Below, piece after piece: positions 8,928-19,179 of a stretch of 64,000 nt of DNA. The stretch covers positions 9,486 to 73,485 of the forward strand of contig CALDIB010000032.1 in assembly GCA_937902125.1 (NCBI GenBank). Reading direction: 5' to 3'. Source of the stretch: an uncultured Treponema sp. GTDB taxonomy: Bacteria > Spirochaetota > Spirochaetia > Treponematales > Treponemataceae. The notes beneath the pieces were generated by a model that saw only the letters and a list, made by a program, of their open reading frames with translations, searched no databases and was not told the DNA's origin. A program made the position numbers and the translations under genes. Numbering within the stretch: position 1 is the stretch's first letter; every line of letters starts with the position of its first letter.

Positions 8928-11900
8928 CTATTTTTCCAAAAGAACCTTTATGCGGCTTTTGTGGACTTTCTTTTCCTTCATCATAATTGAATAAAGAACC
9001 GGTATGAAAAATAGCGTGATGAAGGTGGAGCTTGTAAGGCCTCCCACCACAGCCACGCCGATTGGCTGAACCATTCCCGCGCTTCCGCTTGTGGCGAAGC
9101 ACATGGGAAGCATTCCCAAAATTGTGGTCAGGGTTGTCATAAGAACCGGGCGCAGGCGGCTTGTTCCAGCCTCAAGACAAGCCTCATGCATGGAATGGCC
9201 TCGGTCAATCAAAAGGTTTGTGTAGTCAACCAAAATGATTCCGTTGTTCACGACAATGCCCACAAGCATTATCAAGCCCACGGCGCCCGTCATGCTAAAA
9301 GCCTGATCTGTCAGTTTGTAAATTAAGACCACTCCGATTATAAGGAATGGAATCGTGCACAAGTTGATGAAGGGCGCCTTGAAACTTTCGTAAGTTCCAG
9401 CCATGACTCCAAACACCAAAAGAATGGCCATCAGCGCTATCAAGGAGTATGTACGCTTTTGGTCTTGGGAATCTTTCCAGCTTCCTTCATAAACGATTGT
9501 CACTCCTTCTGGCAAAATTATGTTTTGCTGGACAAGACTTTTTATTTCGGCCACAACGTCGGTGTCGTTTCGCTCTCCGATATTGTCGGCGCTGACGCTG
9601 ACGACGCGGGTTTGGTTTTCCCGCTTTATGGAAACCGGGCCCAAGCCTTTTTTGACTTGCGCGAAGTTTGCCACGCTGACCATGCCGTTTGTTCCTCGGA
9701 CATAAATTTGCTCAAGGTTTGAGGCGTTCATTCTGTCGCCGCTTTGATATAAAATCACCACGCTGTATTCCTTTCCGTTTTGCCGGTAGGTTGTGCTTGT
9801 CACTCCGTTTATGGCGAAGTTGATTTCTCGCGCCACGGTTTGAACGTCAACGCCAAAGGAATATGCCCTTTGCCTGTCGATGACGACTTCAATTTCTGGA
9901 AGGCCTTCCTCGGTGTCGATTGTGGCTTCGCCGATGTCGGGAAGGGATTCCAGTATGTCACGCAGTTGGGCGGAAATGGAAAGCGCGGTGTCCAAGTCGT
10001 CGCAGCGGACTTTTAGAATGAAGTTGCTTCCTGTCATTTGCCGGGCGTATCCTTGGTTGAACGAAAAGCGCGCGTCGGTAAAGTCGCCGAAGTGGGCGCG
10101 AAGCTTTTGCTGAATTGTGTCGCTGGCGTCAATTTGCAAATCGCTTTCGGGCAAGTTGATTTGAATGGCGCCCTTGTAGCTTGACGCTCCGCCGCGGCCT
10201 GACGAGCCGATGGAAGTTATGATTGTCTTGTAGCCCTTTATTTCGTCAAAACAAATTTGCTGGAAATTTTGGACTACCGCGTCAGTTTCAGAAAGGGTGG
10301 TGCCGTTGGGCATCGTTATGTTCAAAGTCACGCTGTCGTCGCGGCCTTGGTTCATCATGTTGACCCTTAATGTAGGAACTAAAAGAAGGGAGCAAATCAA
10401 AAGTGAAACGCAGACGATGATTGTTATGGCCCTGTTGTCAAGCGCCTTGTTTAGGATGGCGCGGTAAAGGCGGGTCACGATTTGCAGGGGAATGTCCAAA
10501 AGCTCGTAAAATTTTTTTAACGGAAGGAACTTGACGGGATTTTCGTTTCTGTCCGTAAGGGGAAGAAATTTTCCGGCCAAAACAGGAACAAGGAAAACCG
10601 CCACAAAGAGCGACGACACCAGCGCGATTACGACAGTGAAAATGATTCCCTTGAACATTTGGCCCATCATTTCCAAGTCCTTTAAGAAAAACAAGAAGGG
10701 AATGAAAACGCAAATCGTAGTCAAGTTTCCGGACACAACCGACATAATCATTTCTGACGAGCCAAGGACGGCGGCCACTTTTGGCTTGGCGCCCCGGCTT
10801 CGGTAAACGTAAATGTTTTCTATCATTACGATTGAAGCGTCAACAATCATTCCGATTCCCAATATCAAGCCGGTGAGCGTCATCATGTTCAGTGTGATTC
10901 CCGCGAAGTTCATGCAAAGCAACGTTATTACGATTGAAAGAGGAATGGAAATTGCGATGATGAGCGTTGACTTTCCAGACTTTAAGAAGAGGAACAAAAT
11001 CACCACGGCCAAAATCAAGCCTGTGTAGGCCGACTCAAGCAGGGTGTTGATTGTGTCGTTAATCGAAGTTGATTGGTCTTGAATGACTTCAATGGAAACG
11101 TCCGAAGGAAGAACGGCCTCCACTTCCGGAATTTTTTCCCTGACGGCCTTGGCCACAGTGACAGTGTTTTTTCCGGACTGCTTTGTTATTCCCACATAAA
11201 TTCCAGGCTCGCCGTTTATTAAAACGTCGGTGGTCTTGTCCTTGTAGCCCAGGTAAGCGCGGCCGATGTCGCTAAGGCGGACGTCGTATCCGTTTATGTT
11301 GGTTATGATTACGCTGTTGATTTGCTCTATGCTGGAAAATTCACCGGTGGTCCTGATTGAATAGTCGTGGCTTCCTTCCGTTATTTTTCCGCCGCCAAGC
11401 TCCAAGTTTTGTTTGGACAGCGCTGAGGAAACGTTTGTCATTGTAAGGCCGTATGCGGAAAGACGGTTTTGGGAAATGTCAACGCGGACGATTTTTTCGC
11501 GGCCTCCAAAAACCGACGCTTCGGCCACTCCGTTTATTTGCTCGAACAAGTCCACGATTGTGTCTTCGGCAATCAACTTTAAGTCGTCGTTGGACCTGTT
11601 TCCGCGGACGGCCAGGCGCATGATTGGAAAGGCGTTGCTGTCCATTTTAAAAATGGTGGGCGTTCCCGCGTCGTCAGGAAGGTTTCTGGTCACGCGGCTT
11701 ATTTTGTCGCGAACATCGTTGGTGGTTTCATCCAAGTCCGTTCCATAGTTGAATTCAAGGGAAATTGAAGAGGAGCCTTCAGACGAAGTTGAGGTGATGT
11801 TTTTTAGGCCGCTTACTGAAACAAGCTGGCCTTCAAGAATTTTTGTCACCGACTTTTCGACGGATTCAGGCCCCGCGTTTGTGTAAGTGGTGCGGACTGT

Positions 11901-12035
11901 TATGTATGGGCTGTCAACGTCGGGGAACAGGCTTATGGCCACGTTCTTTATCGTAAAGACGCCCATGATTCCCAAAAGGACAAAGACAATAAGAGTCAGG
12001 ACTGGATGTTCGAGTGTTTGTTTTGAAACGCTCAT
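8928..12035 (-). CDS. RND efflux transporter permease (AcrB/HAE1 family)
   Basis: 1035 aa with 12-TM architecture. N-terminal LEHPVLTLIVFVLLGIMGVF and large periplasmic loops are typical of AcrB-type pumps. Confidence 0.9.
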   Translation of the reverse strand: MSVSKQTLEHPVLTLIVFVLLGIMGVFTIKNVAISLFPDVDSPYITVRTTYTNAGPESVEKSVTKILEGQLVSVSGLKNITSTSSEGSSSISLEFNYGTDLDETTNDVRDKISRVTRNLPDDAGTPTIFKMDSNAFPIMRLAVRGNRSNDDLKLIAEDTIVDLFEQINGVAEASVFGGREKIVRVDISQNRLSAYGLTMTNVSSALSKQNLELGGGKITEGSHDYSIRTTGEFSSIEQINSVIITNINGYDVRLSDIGRAYLGYKDKTTDVLINGEPGIYVGITKQSGKNTVTVAKAVREKIPEVEAVLPSDVSIEVIQDQSTSINDTINTLLESAYTGLILAVVILFLFLKSGKSTLIIAISIPLSIVITLLCMNFAGITLNMMTLTGLILGIGMIVDASIVMIENIYVYRSRGAKPKVAAVLGSSEMIMSVVSGNLTTICVFIPFLFFLKDLEMMGQMFKGIIFTVVIALVSSLFVAVFLVPVLAGKFLPLTDRNENPVKFLPLKKFYELLDIPLQIVTRLYRAILNKALDNRAITIIVCVSLLICSLLLVPTLRVNMMNQGRDDSVTLNITMPNGTTLSETDAVVQNFQQICFDEIKGYKTIITSIGSSGRGGASSYKGAIQINLPESDLQIDASDTIQQKLRAHFGDFTDARFSFNQGYARQMTGSNFILKVRCDDLDTALSISAQLRDILESLPDIGEATIDTEEGLPEIEVVIDRQRAYSFGVDVQTVAREINFAINGVTSTTYRQNGKEYSVVILYQSGDRMNASNLEQIYVRGTNGMVSVANFAQVKKGLGPVSIKRENQTRVVSVSADNIGERNDTDVVAEIKSLVQQNIILPEGVTIVYEGSWKDSQDQKRTYSLIALMAILLVFGVMAGTYESFKAPFINLCTIPFLIIGVVLIYKLTDQAFSMTGAVGLIMLVGIVVNNGIILVDYTNLLIDRGHSMHEACLEAGTSRLRPVLMTTLTTILGMLPMCFATSGSAGMVQPIGVAVVGGLTSSTFITLFFIPVLYSIMMKEKKVHKSRIKVLLEK

Positions 12036-13000
12036 TTTTTTCCTCCGCCTTGGTCTGCCTTATTGTCGTTCTTGTTTGTTATGTCGCGAATTTTGGCGCC
12101 GTCTGAAAGGCTTGTCTGGCCTTGGGTTACAGCCCGTTCCCCTTCGTTCAAGCCGCTCAAGATTTGGGCCACGCCATCAACGCTTTTTCCCAGCTCCACT
12201 TTTCGCCGCTCCACAGTTGAGTCGGACTTTACCACAAAGGCAAAGTATGTGTCGTCTTTTTCGATGAGGGAGTCAACCGGCATTGTGACTTTGCCGGAAT
12301 AGTCTTGGGTAAAAAGAACCACTTTGCCGAACATTCCGGCGTTGACCCTTTGGTCTTTTTTGTCGAACAAAAGAATTATTTGCTTTGTTCTGCTGGTCGC
12401 GTCAACCACCGGAGAGACTCTGCTGACCGTAGCCGAAAACTGAACGTCAGGATAGGCTTCCACCGTAATGTTGGCCTTGAGCCCTGTCTTTAAAACAGAA
12501 ACGTAGCGTTCTGGAATGTTGGCCACAATTTGCAAATTTGAAATGTCTCCGATTCTTGTTATCTCGGTGTTTGAAGAAACTGTGGTTCCGTTTTTTACAG
12601 GGGTTGTGATTACGCTTCCAGAAATTGGAGCGTGGACAGGGCTTTGCTTGTAGCGCTCTCCGGGCTGGCTTGGGTCAACGTATGCGATTACGTCTCCCCG
12701 GCGGACAGTTGAGCCCAGCAAAACTTGGGTTGAAATTATTTTTCCCGAAACGTCCGGGTAAACCGAAACTGAATTTTGCGATTCGATTTCGCCGTTGGCA
12801 ATCACATAGTCGTGAAGGGTTTCTATTTGAACGACTTTTGTTTTTACGCTGAATTCAGTCGAACCCGCGTCCCTGCGCTTGCCTTTTGAAAAAGAGCCTT
12901 GCATTGAATTTTTTAAGTGAAGCGCGGTGTAGCAGAGGCAAGCCGAAACCGCGACAAGCGCGGCGATTAGAATGACTGCCGTTCTTTTTGTTTTGCTCAT
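12032..13000 (-). CDS. RND efflux periplasmic adaptor (MFP/HlyD family)
   Basis: 322 aa with N-terminal TM/signal and a lipoyl/beta-barrel-like pattern. 4-nt overlap with the RND permease gene. Confidence 0.85.
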   Translation of the reverse strand: MSKTKRTAVILIAALVAVSACLCYTALHLKNSMQGSFSKGKRRDAGSTEFSVKTKVVQIETLHDYVIANGEIESQNSVSVYPDVSGKIISTQVLLGSTVRRGDVIAYVDPSQPGERYKQSPVHAPISGSVITTPVKNGTTVSSNTEITRIGDISNLQIVANIPERYVSVLKTGLKANITVEAYPDVQFSATVSRVSPVVDATSRTKQIILLFDKKDQRVNAGMFGKVVLFTQDYSGKVTMPVDSLIEKDDTYFAFVVKSDSTVERRKVELGKSVDGVAQILSGLNEGERAVTQGQTSLSDGAKIRDITNKNDNKADQGGGKK

Positions 13001-13015
13001 TTTATCTTTCCTCTT

Positions 13016-14374
13016 TTAGTTGCCGCTGATGAGCGTTCCAAAGGGAACGCCAAGCGTGTTTTCCAAATTTAAAATTTCCGCGGCCAAGTTGTAGGCCTGT
13101 TGCTTTAGGTTGAGCCGCGCTTTTTCCAGGGAAGTTCTGGCGTTTAAAAGCTCGGTAAAATTTCTGGAGCCTCGGTTGTAGGCTTCTTGTGTCATTTGAT
13201 AGCTTTGTTCCGCCAACGAAACGCTGGACTTGAGCGTTTGTATTGAAGAAATCAACTGATCGATTTTTTTTTGTCCGCTTTGAGCGCTTACGGCAAGGCT
13301 TGTCTTTTTGTCGGCTATTTGAAGTTGATAATTGGCGATGGAATCCTTCGCGGTTTCCACAGCGTCGGCTTTTTTTGACCAAGGCAAAAAGCCGTCCAAT
13401 GGAAGGGATACTGAAAGAGAAAGGGAGCCGTTGTCGTTCATTCCGTCCGTGTTGTTTGACCAAGTGGGCCTGTAAGTCCAGCCCGCGCTGATTGTGGGGC
13501 CGTATGCCGAAAAGCGGCTTGCCAAAAGCGAGTTCTTGGCGATTTCAAGATTTTTTTCAAGCGCGGCAAGTTCCAATGAAGAGGCTTGGACGCCCTCCGT
13601 GGAAACGCTTTCGATGGCGGCGATTTTGTCAAGGCTTCCGTCCAATTTTATTTGCGAGTCTTGGTCAAGGCCAAGAATTTGCTTGAAGGCGGCCAAATCG
13701 TTGTCGTAGGAAATTTGCGCGTTTTGCAGGACGGGAATCTGCGTTTCGTAATTCACTTGGCTTTGCAAAACGTCAAGCTGGCTTATGGCGCCTTGTCCGT
13801 ATTTTCTGCGGTTGGTCTCGTAAGTTTGCCGCGCGGTTTGGGCGTTTGTGTCTTGGAGGCTTATGTTTTCAGTTTCGTAGAGCAAATTGTAAAAGGCTTT
13901 GCGAACGCTCAGCTCAACGGAGCGGCGGGCGCTTTCGTAGCTAAGCTCTCCCGCTTGGTATTTCAGCGCGGCGTTTTTAATGTCGGTGTAAAGGTTTGTG
14001 GAAAGCGTTATGTTGATTGAGCCTTGAAGGTAGGCTGAATAATTTTCGTTGAAGTTTTTGTTGCTCTTTGAAAAGCCGCCGCTTGCGGTGAGGGAAGGAC
14101 TGGCGCTGTTCCAAGAATTCTTTTTGCCCCGCTTTGCCGCGTCCAATTGAATCTGGCTTTGCTTGATTTGAACGTTGTTCTTTAGCGCCAAGTCAACCGC
14201 GTCCTGAATCGTTAAAGAAAGCGGCTGGGATTCTTCTTGTTGGGCGGCTTGGCCTTGAGGAAAAGCCGGCGCGAGAGAAAGAATTGCGCTCAATGCCGCG
14301 CAAAGGAGCGCGGGGAGTTTCTTTGTTTTTTTCATAATTTTTTGTTCACCGCCAATATTGTAGCGAATTTTCAT
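13016..14374 (-). CDS. TolC-family outer-membrane efflux protein
   Basis: 452 aa with two TolC-like coiled-coil repeats and a signal peptide (KKLPALLCAALSAILSLAPA). An alternative start is ATG 14335 (MKKTKKL). Confidence 0.85.
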   Translation of the reverse strand: MKIRYNIGGEQKIMKKTKKLPALLCAALSAILSLAPAFPQGQAAQQEESQPLSLTIQDAVDLALKNNVQIKQSQIQLDAAKRGKKNSWNSASPSLTASGGFSKSNKNFNENYSAYLQGSINITLSTNLYTDIKNAALKYQAGELSYESARRSVELSVRKAFYNLLYETENISLQDTNAQTARQTYETNRRKYGQGAISQLDVLQSQVNYETQIPVLQNAQISYDNDLAAFKQILGLDQDSQIKLDGSLDKIAAIESVSTEGVQASSLELAALEKNLEIAKNSLLASRFSAYGPTISAGWTYRPTWSNNTDGMNDNGSLSLSVSLPLDGFLPWSKKADAVETAKDSIANYQLQIADKKTSLAVSAQSGQKKIDQLISSIQTLKSSVSLAEQSYQMTQEAYNRGSRNFTELLNARTSLEKARLNLKQQAYNLAAEILNLENTLGVPFGTLISGN

Positions 14375-14381
14375 TCCATTT

Positions 14382-14409
14382 TCTATAGCGTAAGTCGGCG
14401 ATGTGTCAG
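14382..14409 (-). promoter_or_regulatory. possible promoter, leaderless geometry (TolC-like gene)
   Basis: Minus strand reads CTGACA-16 nt-TATAGA-7 nt-ATG(14374). Weaker match than the others. Confidence 0.35.
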
Positions 14410-14463
14410 AGATGTGACAAAAACGCGGAAAATTCCTTTAGATGGTTCGTTCATTCATTCCAA

Positions 14464-14492
14464 TTGCGCAAAGGCCTTGTTTTCGTTACAAT
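14464..14492 (+). promoter_or_regulatory. sigma70-like promoter, leaderless geometry (aspS)
   Basis: TTGCGC(14464-14469)-17 nt-TACAAT(14487-14492)-8 nt-ATG(14501). Confidence 0.55.
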
Positions 14493-14500
14493 AACCTATT

Positions 14501-16333
14501 ATGGAAAACACAAAACGCACTGTCACTTGCGGAGAATTGTCCGCTTCCGACGTAGGAAAAACTGTAATATTGAACGGCTGGGTTCACCGCTCGCGTGAGC
14601 TTGGCGGACTTACCTTTATTCTGCTGCGCGACCGCTACGGAATCACGCAGGTTGTCGTTGGCGACAAATCCAGCGACCAGGTTAAAAAAATCGCCGCTTC
14701 GCTAAAGAGCGAGTATTGCGTTGCCGTCAAGGGAACGGTTGCCGCGCGCTCAGAAAAAGACGTGAACAAGGAAATGGCCACCGGCGCGATTGAAGTTGAG
14801 GCCGACGATATAGAAATATTCACCACAAGCGAACCGCTCCCCTTTGCGATTGACGAAGTTCGCCAAAAGGACGGAACGATTGTTCTTCCCAACGAAGACT
14901 TGCGCTTGCGCTACCGCTACTTGGACTTGCGCCGCGAGCCGATGAAGCAGAACATAATCTTGCGCTCAAACGTGACATTCGCCACGCGCGAGTATTTGAC
15001 CAAGCAGGGCTTTTTGGAAATCGAAACGCCAACCTTCATCAAGTCCACGCCCGAAGGCGCGCGGGACTACTTGGTCCCAAGCCGCGTCCACCCCGGAAAA
15101 TTTTATTCGCTTCCGCAAAGCCCCCAGCTTTACAAGCAGCTTTTGATGGTGTCGGGCTTTGACAAGTATTTCCAAATCGCGCGCTGCTACCGCGACGAAG
15201 ACGCTCGCGGCGACCGCCAGCCTGAGTTCACGCAAATCGATATGGAAATGTCGTTCACCAACCGCGAGGAAGTTCTTTCCACCACAGAAGGAATGATGGG
15301 CTACATTTTCAAAAAGACGCTGAACTACGATCTTCCCGCAAAGTTTGACCGCATCTCTTGGGACGACGCTTTCAACCTTTACGGAAGCGACAAGCCCGAC
15401 TTGCGCTTTGACCTTAAGATTCAGGACGCGGCCTTTATGGCGGGCCTTAGCGACTTTAACGCCTTTAAGGCTGGAGCCGCCAACGCCGGAATGGACATCG
15501 AGCGCCACAAGCGCAGCGGACTTAAGGCGCTTGTCGTAAAGAACGTGGCCGACAAGTATTCCCGCAAGATGGTGGAAGAGTTGGAAGCCGTCGCAAAGAA
15601 GTACAAGGCAAAGGGACTTGCTTGGATGAAAGTCAACGCCGAAGGAACTTTTGAAGGCGGAGTTTCAAAATTCTTTGCCGGAAAGGAAGGCGAGATTTGC
15701 CCGAAGCTGGGCGCGGAAAAGAACGACCTTTTGCTTTTTGTCAGCGACGAAAAATGGCAGGTGGCATGCGTCGCGCTTGGAGCGGTGCGAAAGCAGCTTG
15801 GAAAAGACCTTAACCTTTACAACCCCGCCGACGAATTCCACTTTGCTTGGATCATCGATTTTCCTTACTTTGCCTGGAACGAGGAAGAGAACCATTGGGA
15901 AACCGAGCACCACATGTTCACGCTTCCGCAAAAAAAATATTGGGACACTTTGGAATCGGATCCCGGCAGCGTGAAGGGCGACCTTTACGACTTGGTTCTT
16001 AACGGCTACGAGTTGGCCTCCGGCTCAATGCGCATCAACGACCCGGCCTTGCAGCAGCGCATCTTTAAGATTGTCGGCTACTCGCAGGAACGCGCCGAAA
16101 AGGCCTTTGGCTTTTTGGTCCAAGCCTTTAAGTTTGGCGCTCCGCCGCACGGTGGAATCGCTCCCGGCCTTGACCGCCTTGTAATGCTCATGCGCCACGA
16201 GGAAAGCATCCACGAAGTCATCGCCTTCCCCAAGAACAATCTTGCGGCAAGTCCTATGGACGAGTGTCCGTCGCCGGTAGACGAGCAGCAGCTTAAAGAT
16301 TTGCACATCGTCGTGACAGAGAAAGAAGAGTAA
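14501..16333 (+). CDS. aspS: aspartate--tRNA ligase
   Basis: 610 aa class II aaRS with FQIARCYRDEDARGDRQPEFTQIDMEMSF and GGIAPGLDRLVMLM motifs. Confidence 0.95.
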   Translation: MENTKRTVTCGELSASDVGKTVILNGWVHRSRELGGLTFILLRDRYGITQVVVGDKSSDQVKKIAASLKSEYCVAVKGTVAARSEKDVNKEMATGAIEVEADDIEIFTTSEPLPFAIDEVRQKDGTIVLPNEDLRLRYRYLDLRREPMKQNIILRSNVTFATREYLTKQGFLEIETPTFIKSTPEGARDYLVPSRVHPGKFYSLPQSPQLYKQLLMVSGFDKYFQIARCYRDEDARGDRQPEFTQIDMEMSFTNREEVLSTTEGMMGYIFKKTLNYDLPAKFDRISWDDAFNLYGSDKPDLRFDLKIQDAAFMAGLSDFNAFKAGAANAGMDIERHKRSGLKALVVKNVADKYSRKMVEELEAVAKKYKAKGLAWMKVNAEGTFEGGVSKFFAGKEGEICPKLGAEKNDLLLFVSDEKWQVACVALGAVRKQLGKDLNLYNPADEFHFAWIIDFPYFAWNEEENHWETEHHMFTLPQKKYWDTLESDPGSVKGDLYDLVLNGYELASGSMRINDPALQQRIFKIVGYSQERAEKAFGFLVQAFKFGAPPHGGIAPGLDRLVMLMRHEESIHEVIAFPKNNLAASPMDECPSPVDEQQLKDLHIVVTEKEE

Positions 16334-16353
16334 GGGCGGAAGAAAATTGTTTT

Positions 16354-16391
16354 TAGTCAAGGTTGTGGGAAAAAATACTGCGCCTTGACTA
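16354..16391 (+). other. 9-bp hairpin at the left edge of the AT-rich RM island
   Basis: TAGTCAAGG(16354-16362)...CCTTGACTA(16383-16391). No clean U-tract follows. Confidence 0.5.
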
Positions 16392-16406
16392 AATTCTTAC
16401 TATTGC

Positions 16407-17870
16407 ATGGTAGGTTGCATGAATTCTAAGGATAAAGAATATAAAATAAGACATAACTTACAAGAAACTGAAAAAGTTTCCATTGAAGATGCAATCTATA
16501 AAGTTGCATTGGATTATTTAAGTAAAAAAACAAAGAAGTCTATAGCAACAAAAGAATTTTATGCAAGAAGATATGCAAGTTTTTTCTCAAAAAATAAAAA
16601 AAGCTTAAAAGAAAAGTCTTGTATTAAGGAACAGGATTTTTCAGGAATAAATACATTGTTCCCAGAACTGTTTACGACTCCTTTCCCGCAACCTAAAAAG
16701 CCCACTTTTACATTCATAGATTTGTTTTCAGGTATTGGTGGCTTTCATCAAGCAATGCACCAGTTAAATGGGAAGTGTCTGCTTTCTTCTGAAATTGACA
16801 GTTGGGCTGTTGATACTTATTTGGATAATTACGGTATTGATTCTGCTAAAGATATTACAAAAATAAAAGACGAGGAATTTCCAAAGCATGATGTGCTTTG
16901 TGGCGGTTTTCCTTGCCAAGCGTTTTCAAAGGCAGGAAAACAATTGGGGTTTGCTGATCAAACAAAAGGCACTTTGTTTTTCCAAATTGTAAGAATTCTT
17001 AAAAACAAAAGAATCCGCCCCAATTATATTATTTTGGAAAATGTCCGCAATTTGCTTTCGCACGATAATGGCAATACTTGGAAAGTAATTCAAGATACGC
17101 TCAATGAAGTTGGTTATAACTTCAAAGAAATTATAATGAGCCCCCATCAGTTGGGTGTTCCTCAGCTCCGTGAGCGTGTTTACATTTTGGGCGTAAGAAA
17201 AGAACTTTATGACGGAGAGTTAAAATTCACGGTGCCCCATGTGAAAAAAGAAACACTTGATATTTATAAGGCTGGAATTATAGATGAAAATCCCGATCCA
17301 AAATATAAAATCAGCAAACATGAAGAAAAGGTTTTGAATTGTTGGGATGAGTTTTATAACGGAATAAAAGAAACTGTAATAGGTTTTCCAATTTGGTTTT
17401 CAGAGTTTAGGGCAACTTATGATACAAGTGATCTCCCTGATTGGAAAGCAGAATTTTGTAATAAAAATCGTAAATTATATTCTAACAACAAGGAATTTAT
17501 TGATTCTTGGATTGAAAAATGGGATAACTTGAATGATTTTACTCCGACTGAAAGAAAATTTGAATGGCAAGCAGGTGAAAGTATAAAATCTTTGTGGGAA
17601 GGTTTTATTCAGTTTCGGCCTTCGGGAATTCGTGTAAAACGTCCTGATTCATTTCCCGCGTTAGTTGCCATTGTTCAAATTCCAATAATTGGAAAGTATA
17701 AAAGACGGCTTACTCCAAGGGAAGCGGCCCGGTTGCAAAGTTTTCCAGATGAGTTTATGCCAAATGTAAATGACCATCAGGCATATAAACAATTTGGAAA
17801 TGCTGTTAATGTAAATTGCGTTAAGTTCCTTGCTGAACAATTATTCCAATATGGGAAAGGAGGAAAGTGA
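16407..17870 (+). CDS. DNA (cytosine-5)-methyltransferase, type II RM modification subunit
   Basis: Motif I FIDLFSGIGGF, motif IV GGFPCQAFSKAG, ENV, QLRERVYILG, RRLTPREAARLQSFPDEF, QFGNAV. About 100 aa N-terminal extension. Alternative start at 16419. The gene is AT-rich. Confidence 0.9.
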   Translation: MVGCMNSKDKEYKIRHNLQETEKVSIEDAIYKVALDYLSKKTKKSIATKEFYARRYASFFSKNKKSLKEKSCIKEQDFSGINTLFPELFTTPFPQPKKPTFTFIDLFSGIGGFHQAMHQLNGKCLLSSEIDSWAVDTYLDNYGIDSAKDITKIKDEEFPKHDVLCGGFPCQAFSKAGKQLGFADQTKGTLFFQIVRILKNKRIRPNYIILENVRNLLSHDNGNTWKVIQDTLNEVGYNFKEIIMSPHQLGVPQLRERVYILGVRKELYDGELKFTVPHVKKETLDIYKAGIIDENPDPKYKISKHEEKVLNCWDEFYNGIKETVIGFPIWFSEFRATYDTSDLPDWKAEFCNKNRKLYSNNKEFIDSWIEKWDNLNDFTPTERKFEWQAGESIKSLWEGFIQFRPSGIRVKRPDSFPALVAIVQIPIIGKYKRRLTPREAARLQSFPDEFMPNVNDHQAYKQFGNAVNVNCVKFLAEQLFQYGKGGK

Positions 17871-17871
17871 T

Positions 17872-19161
17872 ATGGCTAAGCAATATAAGACTGGCGAATG
17901 GGCTAAAAATGGTAGGGTAATGCCTGGCAAACGAACAAAAGAAAAACACATTGACCAATTGCTTTCAAATGGCAAAGTTGTTGTAGTTGGTAACGATCAA
18001 TTATTTTCTCCAAAAGAATTTAAGGATGTTCTAGTCAATTTATTTCCTGAAGCGGTAGAAAAAGACGGGCGTCTTTTTCTTGATAAGAAATCAAAAAATG
18101 GTAAGACAATAGGCTTTTATACAAGGAATGTTTATCATCTTGGTGGGGATTGGAGCTCAGAAAAGAAAAGGATTGAAATCGGTAAAGACTTTTTGACATT
18201 CTATAAAGAAAACAAGGCAAACAATGTAGAAACTATTTTATTGGGGTGCTATCACTATTATCCCGACGACAAAAATGGAGTTATTCTATTCGTCTGCTTT
18301 AGTGCTGACACTTATGCGACAAGAGATGTAAACAATTCCGCTGCTCATATACATACAATCGATTTGCAAAATGCATTAAAATATGGACTTTATAGAAGAC
18401 TTGATAAATCTGATAATGAACTGTTGGTCTTGGATAAAATAAATTTTGTAAAGCACATAAATGGTTTGAGAAGTGGAACTGAATTACAAGTAATAAAAAA
18501 TGATAAGCAATTGCTTGATTACTTTGGTGGAATATATGCTAGCCTACCAAAAACACTTAAAGGAATAGAATGTTATGAAGAAATGTTTAAGGCAAATGCA
18601 GATAATAAGAATCAAAGTGCTTGGGAAGGATGGTATATTGAGTATTATGTAAAAAAATATTTAAGTGAACATCCAAGAGAAGGTATAGAATGGTGGTCAA
18701 GTAAAAAAGATGGTGAGTTAGATTTTGATTTAAGATTTTCAACAGAAGAAAACTTTTATGGTGATGTAAAATCTGATAATGTAAAGAAAAGTGTTCAGGG
18801 GAATAAAAAAAGCAACATTGATATTTTGGTAAAAGAAAAAAATGGTAGATTGTGGTATGTTGTTTTTGAATTTACTCCAGAGAAAGATTCTGAGCATAAA
18901 AATGAAACGACTATTTGGTGGAATACTGCATTAAACGCGGATAAATCTGTAAGAAAAAAGCCAAAGGATTTGCTTACTTATAAAAAGCGAATGAAATATG
19001 CAATTCATTTAAATAATTTAAGTGTTTATGAGATTAATCAGTTTGCATTTAAATATCTTAAAATTTTTTATGTAAGCCCTTGTGATGGTAAACCGCGAGA
19101 GCCGAAATATCAAATTCCAAATAAAATGAAAGAGTATTTGAGAATTTATCAATATGCTTGA
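17872..19161 (+). CDS. putative type II restriction endonuclease, PD-(D/E)XK type (family not recognised)
   Basis: 429 aa from ATG 17872 (MAKQYKTGEW), with SD AAGGAGGA 17857-17864 and a 1-nt gap after the MTase stop. Candidate catalytic motif is WEGWYIEYYV...GELDFDLRFSTEENFYGDVKSD (D..D-x12-D-V-K). Confidence 0.6.
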   Translation: MAKQYKTGEWAKNGRVMPGKRTKEKHIDQLLSNGKVVVVGNDQLFSPKEFKDVLVNLFPEAVEKDGRLFLDKKSKNGKTIGFYTRNVYHLGGDWSSEKKRIEIGKDFLTFYKENKANNVETILLGCYHYYPDDKNGVILFVCFSADTYATRDVNNSAAHIHTIDLQNALKYGLYRRLDKSDNELLVLDKINFVKHINGLRSGTELQVIKNDKQLLDYFGGIYASLPKTLKGIECYEEMFKANADNKNQSAWEGWYIEYYVKKYLSEHPREGIEWWSSKKDGELDFDLRFSTEENFYGDVKSDNVKKSVQGNKKSNIDILVKEKNGRLWYVVFEFTPEKDSEHKNETTIWWNTALNADKSVRKKPKDLLTYKKRMKYAIHLNNLSVYEINQFAFKYLKIFYVSPCDGKPREPKYQIPNKMKEYLRIYQYA

Positions 19162-19179
19162 TTATTTGAGGAAACAATT

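Noticed and set aside
8617-9102. Longest-ORF starts from the track (8617..9102, 19757..21232, 21229..21882, 44353..45045, 49116..49949, 60408..61223, 55279..57129).
   Set aside because: The extended N-termini overlap upstream genes or promoter hexamers and are Arg/Gly-rich junk. Internal ATGs with an SD or leaderless geometry give canonical family N-termini.
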